Shown: one piece after another, positions 56,172 to 64,000 of the stretch
How positions within the stretch are numbered: position 1 is the stretch's first letter
Layout: every line of letters begins with the position of its first letter
Source of the DNA: Minisyncoccota bacterium
GTDB taxonomy: Bacteria > Patescibacteriota > Minisyncoccia > Phycocordibacterales > SBAW01
DNA: 64,000 nt
Direction of reading: 5' to 3'
Assembly (NCBI GenBank): GCA_035546575.1
Contig: DASZWN010000001.1
Location: 212,875 to 276,874 of the forward strand
Translations under genes and position numbers: made by a program
The notes under the pieces: model-generated
What the model saw: the letters and a program-made list of their open reading frames with translations, nothing else
Told to the model about the DNA's origin: nothing
The model's database searches: none

Positions 56172-56609
56172 TTATGCGGCCGCGCGCAAACCTTCGAATA
56201 GCTTCTTGTTGAAGCGCTCCATGACACCGTGCAGCACGTGGCTCACCGGCGTGTCGCGGTCGAGGTGTACGGCTTCTTGCGCGAACGGGATCATGCCGAC
56301 CTGGATCGTGACTTCCGTGTGATCCATCTGTGGGTTGAGCGGAAGCAGACGAACATCGCGCACTTCCACTGGCCACGCCTTGTGCCACGAGTCCATGAGC
56401 GCCTGCTCGAGCTGGGCGACAATGCCGACGCATGTGGTCGACGCGACCTTTTCGCGGCCGGAGAGCGAGTAATGGATCTCGTCCTTGTACTCGTCGGCGA
56501 CCCACTTGCGATTGTGGTCGTCCTCGCTTCGCGGCTCACTGCAAAGCGCCGACTTGAATGCCTCGATGATAATTCTTCCATTGATGGGCTTCGAGAGATG
56601 GATTTTCAT
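56172..56609 (-). CDS. Hypothetical protein (cargo between tRNA-Ser repeats)
   Basis: 145-aa ORF with AAGGAAGG SD; no recognised motif. Confidence 0.65.
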   Translation of the reverse strand: MKIHLSKPINGRIIIEAFKSALCSEPRSEDDHNRKWVADEYKDEIHYSLSGREKVASTTCVGIVAQLEQALMDSWHKAWPVEVRDVRLLPLNPQMDHTEVTIQVGMIPFAQEAVHLDRDTPVSHVLHGVMERFNKKLFEGLRAAA

Positions 56610-56774
56610 AGCCTGTCCTTCCTTTCATCTGGCCGACTTCCGATGTGGAAAGTACCGCTGTTGCCCAACTAAGTCAACTAAAGTCGGCCGATGTCGATGG
56701 CTCGATTAGCTGCTCCAAAGCCTACCTAGAAACCCTTACGGTGTCTCACCGAGAAAGTTCGAACTGCCAACAGC

Positions 56775-56953
56775 CCGCAAAATAATGAGCATGCGAATAT
56801 ATTTTGCGAGAGGGCGCTACAGTACCAATGTACTGTAGCGGGAGATTCGAACGCCGGAGCGATGTTTCGCGAGCACGCGAAACCGCGAGGCGGTGGCTAG
56901 CCCGAGGTGAGGGACGACGAACCGAGAGGCGAAGCCGAATCCTACCCTCCGCA
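56775..56953 (+). repeat. tRNA-Ser trailer element, copy 2
   Basis: 56775-56895 matches 55868-55988 with 3 substitutions; different 3' domain; ends in a 14-nt repeat of 55859-55872. Confidence 0.88.
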
Positions 56954-56990
56954 GATTGCATAAAGTAAGAGGTATAATCACATACTGCAT

Positions 56991-57413
56991 ATGACAACAA
57001 TCAATCCATATATTAACTTCAATGGAAATGCCGAAGAAGCATTTAATTTTTACAAATCAGTATTTGGCGGAGAGTTCGGAAAAATAATCCGCTTTAAAGA
57101 TATTGCGACCGCCGAGTTTCCGGTATCGGATGCTGATGCAGAAAAAATAATGCGCATCGCTCTGCCTATCGGCAACACTATATTGATAGCTAATGATGTC
57201 CCGGAGAGTATGGGTCGAGTGAACGAGAATGAAAACAGGTCAAAGATAGCTGTCATTGCCGACACTAAAGAAGAAGCCGAAAGGATATTCAAAGGCCTTT
57301 CAGAAGGAGGTACAGTAGAAATGCCGATGGATCAAAGCCCTTGGGGCACGTATTTTGCTATGTTCAGAGATAAGTACGGCATCGAGTGGACAGTAGAGTG
57401 CGAACAAAACTAA
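56991..57413 (+). CDS. VOC family protein (PhnB-like)
   Basis: INPYINFNGNAEEAFNFY.SVFGG..LSEGG.V.MP....WG.YF..F.DKYGIEW. Confidence 0.9.
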   Translation: MTTINPYINFNGNAEEAFNFYKSVFGGEFGKIIRFKDIATAEFPVSDADAEKIMRIALPIGNTILIANDVPESMGRVNENENRSKIAVIADTKEEAERIFKGLSEGGTVEMPMDQSPWGTYFAMFRDKYGIEWTVECEQN

Positions 57414-57481
57414 AGACCCACCCTCCTCCCTACAGGTGTATACTTTCGGCAGGTCTTTATTAGTAGATAGTCTTATTTTGC

Positions 57482-57895
57482 ATGGACATTCCAATCAATT
57501 ATCTCGCGGTCGTAGCCTCGGCTCTTATCCCAATGACGTTAGGGTTCTTTTGGTATGGGCCGATGTTTGGCAAACAATGGGCGCATCTCACCGGCATCTC
57601 GATGGACAGTATGCAAAAGGCCCCACCGCTTAACTACGCGATCATGTTTGTGGGCGCATTGTTGATGGCGTTCGGTCTCGACCACTCGCTTATTTTTGCC
57701 AGCACCTATTTGCGCATGGAAGGGGTTTCGGCCGGACTCCAGGCAGGTATTTGGACCACGGTGAGTTTTGTTGCACCTGTTATGCTCGGCGTAGTGTTGT
57801 GGGAGGGCAAGTCGTGGAAGTTGTGGGGGATTAACGTCGGCTACTACCTTGTCTCACTGTCTCTCATGGGTGTTTTGCTCGCACTTTGGCGGTAG
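57482..57895 (+). CDS. DUF1761 family membrane protein
   Basis: INYLAV..LG..WY.P.FGK.W..WE.K.WKL..IN.GY. Confidence 0.85.
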   Translation: MDIPINYLAVVASALIPMTLGFFWYGPMFGKQWAHLTGISMDSMQKAPPLNYAIMFVGALLMAFGLDHSLIFASTYLRMEGVSAGLQAGIWTTVSFVAPVMLGVVLWEGKSWKLWGINVGYYLVSLSLMGVLLALWR

Positions 57896-58366
57896 ATGAA
57901 AACACTCGCGACCCTTCTCCTGGTGTGCGCGGCTGCTGGGGGCGGATTGTTTCTCTACTATATTGCCCAGAACATGCACCTGACTGAAACGCTCACAGCC
58001 AAAAATACAAAACAAATTAAAGTTGGTACGACGACCATTGCCGCAGAAGTGGTCGACAACCAGGCTGCGCGCGAAAAGGGGCTGTCAGGCCGTACATCGC
58101 TACCGGAGGGGAGCGGTATGCTGTTTGTGTTTGAGCACAACGGCGATTGGGGCATCTGGATGAAGGACATGCAGTTTCCTATAGATATACTTTTTATTTC
58201 GGAGACAGGGCAGGTTGTCTCGATCAATGCGAATGTGTCGCCGGATACGTATCCCGAGGCATTTTATCCGCCACTGGCTGTGCGCTACGTCCTAGAGCTG
58301 CCCGCCGGATACGCAAAAAAACAGAATATTACTACCCAAAGCAGATTTGACCTCTCATCTATATAG
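57896..58366 (+). CDS. DUF192 family protein
   Basis: REKGLSGR.SL...GMLFVF..WMKDM.FPIDI.F..YVLELPAG. Confidence 0.9.
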   Translation: MKTLATLLLVCAAAGGGLFLYYIAQNMHLTETLTAKNTKQIKVGTTTIAAEVVDNQAAREKGLSGRTSLPEGSGMLFVFEHNGDWGIWMKDMQFPIDILFISETGQVVSINANVSPDTYPEAFYPPLAVRYVLELPAGYAKKQNITTQSRFDLSSI

Positions 58367-58437
58367 ATATAGACGCGTCCGCCTTGGCGTCGAGACAGGC
58401 AAATCCCGCCTTGTAAGGCGGGATTCACATCTAGCGC

Positions 58438-58745
58438 GCGTATCTGTAAGCCGAATTCTGTCCTGCCTGCCGGTAGGCAGGCGTGAGTCGCAATTTATCT
58501 GGGACCACAGTCGCCTGCGGCCTCAAGCGGCACTCATCGGGATTGCTCCCGAAGCACGGCCTTGCACTTGGGTAGGGATTTAGCCGTTTCACTCCCGCTA
58601 AAGGGATTCGTCACTGTTCGCACCCCTTTTGCCCGCCAGGAGCAAATGACAGGGATTACCTGCTACCTTTGCCACGCATTGCTGCGCGGCCAAGTGTTCG
58701 GACTTTCCTCTATAATCTTTCGACTACAGCTGCTACTCAATACGC
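58438..58745 (-). ncRNA. rnpB: RNase P RNA
   Basis: Minus strand shows GAGGAAAGTCC (CR-I), ACAGTGAC/GTGAAAC (CR-II/III), ACAGAATTCGGCTTA (CR-V), P1 GCGTAT/ATACGC; terminator hairpin at 58402-58425. Confidence 0.93.
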
Positions 58746-58866
58746 TTCCTATATTATACCACACTTTTTACCTGTGGGTAACTCAGCTCGCAAACCTATA
58801 AAAGGGCTATACTTACAGAGGTTCTTATTAATAAGGAGGCATTGTGCCTCTGTAACATTATTGTGT

Positions 58867-61233
58867 ATGTATTCACGACTCATGGAGTGGTCGCGATACG
58901 TGTACTTGGCCGGCATTGTGCTGGCATTGGTGCTCGTAATCCCGACCGCATGGTTCCCGTTCCAATTAGCAAAGATCGCGGTGTTTGCGTTGGTGCTCAT
59001 TGTGGCAATGATTCTCTTTGCTGCAGGCGGTGGAGCAAAAGAGTTGCTCCGCGCACACGGGTTCAAACTCGCAGCGCTCACAGCACTTTTGCCGCTCTCG
59101 TATCTGGTCTCGTATCTCTTCGCAGCCGACAAGACGCTCTCAATAATCGGCTCAAATGCCGAGACAGACACGGTGGTATTTGCTGTGGTAGCGTGTTTGG
59201 CGTTTCTCGCATCGTTCGTGCTCTTCCGCACATTGCGGACAGTCTCGTTGCTACTTAAGGTTGTGTTTGTAACGCTCGTGGTCGCAGTGGTCTTTCAGTG
59301 GATTCTTGTTATCTTTGGCACCTCGCTTATCCCGTTCCAAATATTCTCCGACCGCTCAATCAACCTGATAGGGAAATGGAATGATCTAGGTATCTTGGTT
59401 AGCTTGCTCGGCATGTTTATACTTGTTCGCGCGGAGCTTACCCGCAGCACTATGCTGTGGCGCGGTATATGGATAGCGGGGCTTGTAGCGCTCGCAGTGC
59501 TGCTGGGCATAATCAACTTTGCCGTAGCCTGGGGCTTTGTGCTCGTGTTCTCTATTGTTCTTGCTGCAATCAAATTCCTAACTCAAAAAGTCGAGGAACC
59601 AGCGGCCCAAGACGTATATGCAGGCCCCGCTTCGCGCTCAATGATAGAGCGTATGCCGTGGTTCGCTATCGCTGGTGCGGTAGTCGCCATATTATTTCTC
59701 TTCTTTGGGTCTTCCCTTAACGCCGCGCTTACAAATATCTTCCCGGTCTCTTCGCTTGAGGTGCGCCCATCGTATGCTTCTACGATGCAGATTATCACTG
59801 CCGCGCGCGGCGGGTCTGGCGAACATCTGCTTGTTGGTACTGGGCCAAATACCTTTGGCGACTCATGGCTCCTTAATAAACCGACAGAAGTCAACCAATC
59901 AGTCTTCTGGAATCTCGACTTTAACGTCGGCTTCTCGACATTCATCACAGCGCTCGGTACCGTTGGCCTCTTGGGTATTATCGCGTGGCTTGTGCCGATT
60001 ATCCTTGTACTTGCGGCGCTTATACGCGCAATACGCCTTGGGGTACTCAGCCGCGATGAACGCATCGCAACAACTACTATCGGCATAGGCAGTCTGCTCT
60101 TGTTCGCAGCGCTCATAGTGTACGTACCGAGCCAAAACAGCGTACTCCTGGCCCTCACGCTTGGTGGCGCGGCGTTTGGATTCCTCTGGCGACAAGGCCG
60201 CTCGAATCAGGGTGGAGAAGAAACCTCGCCATCACGCATGGGATTTATGGGCGCACAGGCGGCAATGCTAGGCATATTGCTCCTTGCACTCTGGAGTGGG
60301 TTCATAACCACGCGCCATCTTATCGCACAAGCTGATGTCGGCCGCGGCGCCGCCGCTCTCCAAAGCGGCAATACAGATGATGCAATAACATTTGCTACCA
60401 AAGCTTCGCATCTCGAGAAAAACAGCGACGCATTGCGTCTTGCCGTTACTGCTGGGACCACCAAATTACAGACTATAGCCTCGACACAGACAGCACCGAG
60501 CGCCGATGTACAGACGCAGTTTACCAATCTGACCCAGCAGGTAGTAGTACAGGGCCAGGATCTCGCCGCACAGTATCCGACAGACTACCGCTCGCATCTC
60601 TTGCTTGGCCAGGTGTACGACCTCCTTGCTTCGCTTAAGATAGCGGGTGCGTACGAAAAAGCTGCAGAATCATATACAAACGCTCAGAAATACAACCCGA
60701 CCAATCCGCAGATTCCGCTGATGCTTGCACGGCTTGAGGCGACACAGGCAAATCATGCCCCACAAGTACAAAAGTATCTGACGCAATCGCTCACGCTTAA
60801 ATCAAACTACACCGACGCGATCCTATTCTTGGTACAGCTCAATGTAGCCAACAACGACCTGCCAAACGCTATCAAGGCAGCTCAGGCAGCGGTACAGTCG
60901 GCTCCTGGAGTAGCCTCAATCTGGTTCGAACTCGGTCTCTTGTACTACTCTGGCGGCGACACTAAAAACGCAATACAACCGCTTGAGCAATCAATCACTC
61001 TTGTGCCAGACTATGCGAATGCCAAGTATTTCCTAGGCCTTTCGTATGCGGCGCAGAGCCGCAGCGCAGACGCTATCAAACAGTTCGAAGATCTCGCAAA
61101 GAGCAATCCTGACAGCGCCGAGGTGCAGACCATACTTGCTAATTTGCGCGCGGGCAAGGCTCCTTTTGACGGAGCAGTTCCGCCGGCTACTACTCCTCCA
61201 CAAGACAGAACTACCGCTCCGATCAACCAATAA
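58867..61233 (+). CDS. Multi-TM O-antigen-ligase-like protein with C-terminal TPR repeats
   Basis: About 12 TM segments, LVGTGPNTF loop motif, TPR repeats (ELGLLYY..A...LEQ..PDYANAKYFLGL); start ATG 58867. Confidence 0.75.
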   Translation: MYSRLMEWSRYVYLAGIVLALVLVIPTAWFPFQLAKIAVFALVLIVAMILFAAGGGAKELLRAHGFKLAALTALLPLSYLVSYLFAADKTLSIIGSNAETDTVVFAVVACLAFLASFVLFRTLRTVSLLLKVVFVTLVVAVVFQWILVIFGTSLIPFQIFSDRSINLIGKWNDLGILVSLLGMFILVRAELTRSTMLWRGIWIAGLVALAVLLGIINFAVAWGFVLVFSIVLAAIKFLTQKVEEPAAQDVYAGPASRSMIERMPWFAIAGAVVAILFLFFGSSLNAALTNIFPVSSLEVRPSYASTMQIITAARGGSGEHLLVGTGPNTFGDSWLLNKPTEVNQSVFWNLDFNVGFSTFITALGTVGLLGIIAWLVPIILVLAALIRAIRLGVLSRDERIATTTIGIGSLLLFAALIVYVPSQNSVLLALTLGGAAFGFLWRQGRSNQGGEETSPSRMGFMGAQAAMLGILLLALWSGFITTRHLIAQADVGRGAAALQSGNTDDAITFATKASHLEKNSDALRLAVTAGTTKLQTIASTQTAPSADVQTQFTNLTQQVVVQGQDLAAQYPTDYRSHLLLGQVYDLLASLKIAGAYEKAAESYTNAQKYNPTNPQIPLMLARLEATQANHAPQVQKYLTQSLTLKSNYTDAILFLVQLNVANNDLPNAIKAAQAAVQSAPGVASIWFELGLLYYSGGDTKNAIQPLEQSITLVPDYANAKYFLGLSYAAQSRSADAIKQFEDLAKSNPDSAEVQTILANLRAGKAPFDGAVPPATTPPQDRTTAPINQ

Positions 61234-61238
61234 CCGGC

Positions 61239-62921
61239 ATGGTGCGCTCCTTCCTACTCTCTGTCGTGAATCGCGAAGTTCGGGGGATGCATCAAGCAGC
61301 GTATGTGCTCGCAGGGTTTGCACTAGGCTCGCAGCTATTGGCGCTGGTAAGGGACAGACTCCTCGCCAGCGCTTTTGGCGCGGGTCATACGCTCGACGTC
61401 TACTACGCGGCATTCCGCATGCCGGATTTTTTGTTTGCGACTGTTGCATCGCTCCTGTCGCTCTACGCGTTGCTCCCGGTCCTCTCCAAGTTGGAAGCAA
61501 AGCACCCCAGCCTGGTCATAGCTCTACTGCGTCAAACACTGCTTATATTTTTTGTCGCGATGGGTGCAGTTGCAGGCATAACGTTTTTGCTAGCGCCGGA
61601 AATTGTCGCGCTTATTGCGCCGGGTATAGCGCATAGCGACTCCGGCAGCCTTATCATGCTTACGCGGATTTTGCTCCTGCAGCCGATACTTTTGGGCATC
61701 TCAAACCTCTTTGCCAATCTAACGCAATTAAGGCACCGATTCCTTTTATATTCGATCAGTCCGCTCCTCTACAATCTTGGTATTATTGTGGGCATTTTGT
61801 TTTTATATCCAAGGATCGGGTTGGTTGGTTTAGGGTGGGGAGTAGTAATAGGAGCAGCGCTCCATGCGCTTGTGCAAGCGCCATTCTTTTTTGGAGAAAA
61901 GCTCGATCAGAAAATATCGCTCAGAGAGACGCTTACCATATTGCGCGAGGTGCTTGCGCTTTCTGTCCCGCGCACGTTCTCGCTTGCCGCAGGACAGCTC
62001 GCGCTTCTGGGGATTATCGCGATAGCCTCGTTCCTCTCGGTCGGTTCCATCTCGATCTTTACATTTGCCAGCAACCTCCAGGCTGTACCACTTACGATTA
62101 TCGGTGTTTCATACTCCGTTGCCGCGTTCCCAACGCTTTCGCGATTTTTTGCAGGCGGACACCGTGCCGAGTTTATCCAGCATATAGAAACAGCGCTGCG
62201 CCACGTTATCTTCTGGTCGCTCCCGGCCACAGTGCTTATTATCGTGTTGCGCGCGCACATGGTGCGCGCGATCCTAGGTGCCGGAGCGTTTGACTGGTCG
62301 GCAACGCGTCTCACTGCGGCTGCACTCGCACTTTTCGTACTCTCACTATTAGCACAAGCACTCTTTTTGCTTATTGCGCGCGCATATTACGCCTCTGGCA
62401 ACACCAGCAAGCCGCTCGTGCTTGGCATTATCAATATTATCGTATCGGTCGCTTCTGCATTATGGCTGCTATCGTTCTTTAAGAGCAACGACCTTTTCCG
62501 GAGTTTTGTTGAGTCGCTTCTGCGCGTGACCGACGTGCCGGGCACGCCGGTCTTGATGTTGGCGCTTGGTGTTACTCTTGGCTCTATTGTGCAATGCCTG
62601 GCAGGGGTTATACTGCTTTCGCGCGACTTCTCTATGCCGCTGCGCGGTCTGGGGAGGCTGTTCTTCCAGAGCTTTTGTGCCTCGGTTATCGGCGGGGCAT
62701 GTGCCTATGGCACGCTACTGTTTTTTGAGCCGCTTCTCGACACCACCACGCTTCTGGGTATCGTCTCTCAGGGTGGGGCAGCAGGAGTAATAGGCTTGGC
62801 CGCAACCGCAGGGATACTCTTCCTCCTCGGTAGCCAAGAGCTCAGTGAGATTATAGGATCTCTTAGTAAGCGCCTAAAGGCAGCCAGCCGGGTTGCCGTC
62901 GAGCCGAGCGACGTCGCGTAA
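61239..62921 (+). CDS. murJ: Lipid II flippase MurJ (MviN)
   Basis: LALVRDRLLA..FGAG..LDVYYAAFR.PD; P.LYNLGII; A.FP.LS; RAYYA.GNT.KP. Confidence 0.9.
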   Translation: MVRSFLLSVVNREVRGMHQAAYVLAGFALGSQLLALVRDRLLASAFGAGHTLDVYYAAFRMPDFLFATVASLLSLYALLPVLSKLEAKHPSLVIALLRQTLLIFFVAMGAVAGITFLLAPEIVALIAPGIAHSDSGSLIMLTRILLLQPILLGISNLFANLTQLRHRFLLYSISPLLYNLGIIVGILFLYPRIGLVGLGWGVVIGAALHALVQAPFFFGEKLDQKISLRETLTILREVLALSVPRTFSLAAGQLALLGIIAIASFLSVGSISIFTFASNLQAVPLTIIGVSYSVAAFPTLSRFFAGGHRAEFIQHIETALRHVIFWSLPATVLIIVLRAHMVRAILGAGAFDWSATRLTAAALALFVLSLLAQALFLLIARAYYASGNTSKPLVLGIINIIVSVASALWLLSFFKSNDLFRSFVESLLRVTDVPGTPVLMLALGVTLGSIVQCLAGVILLSRDFSMPLRGLGRLFFQSFCASVIGGACAYGTLLFFEPLLDTTTLLGIVSQGGAAGVIGLAATAGILFLLGSQELSEIIGSLSKRLKAASRVAVEPSDVA

Positions 62922-62927
62922 GTATGC

Positions 62928-64000
62928 ATGAAACACATCAGAAATTTCTCAATCATTGCCCATATAGACCACGGCAAGTCAACGCTTGCTGACCGGTTTC
63001 TTGAGGTTACCCATACTATAGAGGCGCGTCAGATGCGCGACCAGGTGCTCGACTCGATGGAGCTCGAGCGTGAGCGCGGCATCACTATTAAGATGCAGCC
63101 CGTCAAAATGATTTATAATTTTGACAATCAAGGAGAGCATGTGTCTTACGAGCTCAACCTCATAGATACGCCTGGTCACATCGATTTTTCGTACGAGGTC
63201 TCGCGTGCGCTTACTGCAGTAGAAGGCGCGATACTGCTTGTTGACGCAACACAAGGCGTCCAGGCGCAGACGCTCACCACACTACGTAGCGCACGCGAGC
63301 TGGGACTCGTGATCATTCCGGCAATTTCCAAGATCGACTCACCGCTTGCAGATGTTGAGGCCGTTAAGGTGCAAGTAACAAAATTACTCGACATTTCTCC
63401 TGAGGATATTGTGCTGTGCTCCGGCCGCACGGGCGAGGGCGTCGCCGACTTGCTGCGCGCAGTGATTGAGCGCGTGCCACCACCGAAAGGATCTTCCGAT
63501 GGAACCGGAGATCCTCAACAAGCGCTCATCTTCGACTTTCAATATTCCGACCATCAGGGAGTGATTGTGTATCTGCGCATGTTTAGCGGCGCTATTAAAA
63601 AAGGCGACGCACTCGAGTTTGCAGCAAGCGGGAAGCGCTTTCAAGCGCTTGAGGTCGGAACGTTTTCTCCCAAACCAATTCAAGCTGCACAGCTTGGCGC
63701 AGGTTCGATCGGCTACATCGTGACCGGCATCAAAGAGCCGGGTGTCGCGCGCGTCGGCGACACGATCCGCGCACGCGCATCAAACACGCCGCCGCTCGCC
63801 GGATATGCCGAGCCCAAGCCCGTGGTGTGGGCGAGTATCTACCCGGAGTCGCAAGACGATTTTACACAACTCAAACAATCGCTTTCGCGGTTGCGACTCT
63901 CCGACTCCTCTCTTTCGTTTGAGGAAGAAGCAAGCGGAATGCTGGGTAGGGGATTCCGCTGCGGCCTGCTTGGCATGCTCCATCTCGAAATTATCACCGA
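62928..64000 (+). CDS. lepA: Elongation factor 4 (3' partial)
   Basis: Manual translation MKHIRNFSIIAHIDHGKSTLADR..LDSMELERERGITIK..NLIDTPGHIDFSYEVSR..GFRCGLLGMLHLEII; open to the window edge and absent from the ORF track. Confidence 0.96.
   Translation, partial: MKHIRNFSIIAHIDHGKSTLADRFLEVTHTIEARQMRDQVLDSMELERERGITIKMQPVKMIYNFDNQGEHVSYELNLIDTPGHIDFSYEVSRALTAVEGAILLVDATQGVQAQTLTTLRSARELGLVIIPAISKIDSPLADVEAVKVQVTKLLDISPEDIVLCSGRTGEGVADLLRAVIERVPPPKGSSDGTGDPQQALIFDFQYSDHQGVIVYLRMFSGAIKKGDALEFAASGKRFQALEVGTFSPKPIQAAQLGAGSIGYIVTGIKEPGVARVGDTIRARASNTPPLAGYAEPKPVVWASIYPESQDDFTQLKQSLSRLRLSDSSLSFEEEASGMLGRGFRCGLLGMLHLEIIT

Noticed and set aside
55868-56953. CRISPR array, tRNA intron, split tRNA or tmRNA explanation of the repeats
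   Set aside because: Only two long copies, no spacer periodicity and no cas genes; the upstream tRNAs are complete; no tag ORF or group I/II core recognised.
58669-58866. N-terminal 66 aa of the 854-aa ORF
   Set aside because: Overlaps rnpB and its promoter region; ATG 58867 precedes the first TM helix.
1-64000. Alternative genetic code 25 (TGA=Gly)
   Set aside because: Conserved genes are uninterrupted in code 11, several end at TGA (15974, 17206, 46278, 55450) and RF2 is present.

Overview
Bacterial chromosomal window in standard code 11 (TGA is used as a stop and RF2 is present). Gene content and style suggest a Patescibacteria/CPR genome, probably Parcubacteria (inference): short RF2, Fe-S-less MutY, many small orphan membrane or secreted proteins, tRNAs without encoded CCA. 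Housekeeping genes are prfB, ftsEX, pyrG, rlmB, typA, metK (with a SAM-I riboswitch), lexA, msrB, mutY, rnj, secG, groES/EL, lemA, htpX, murJ and partial lepA. RNA genes are 5 tRNAs and RNase P RNA. Accessory parts are an ECF-sigma/cytochrome-b5/MacAB-like cluster, a GH18 plus twin MliC cluster, a run of SD-led orphan genes, an AT-rich defence island (about 27-35 kb: PD-(D/E)XK nuclease, DUF4268, HEPN-like protein, OLD-family nuclease, putative two-domain REase, fused m6A+m4C methyltransferase) and an LPNTG protein plus sortase. The most striking unexplained signal is a family of hairpin-mosaic elements behind tRNA-Asp, tRNA-Thr(CGT) and tRNA-Ser (two copies). Each carries an antisense copy of its own tRNA's T-arm and ends in a direct copy of the tRNA 3' end. 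The Asp and Ser elements share structural modules (11-bp CAAT hairpin, GCGAT..CGYGA domain, GACG loop) with compensatory changes, and two free-standing relatives lie upstream of mutY and htpX. Also notable are pervasive leaderless promoters and a LexA with Cys-Asp at the Ala-Gly cleavage site. All calls are by eye; no database searches were run.
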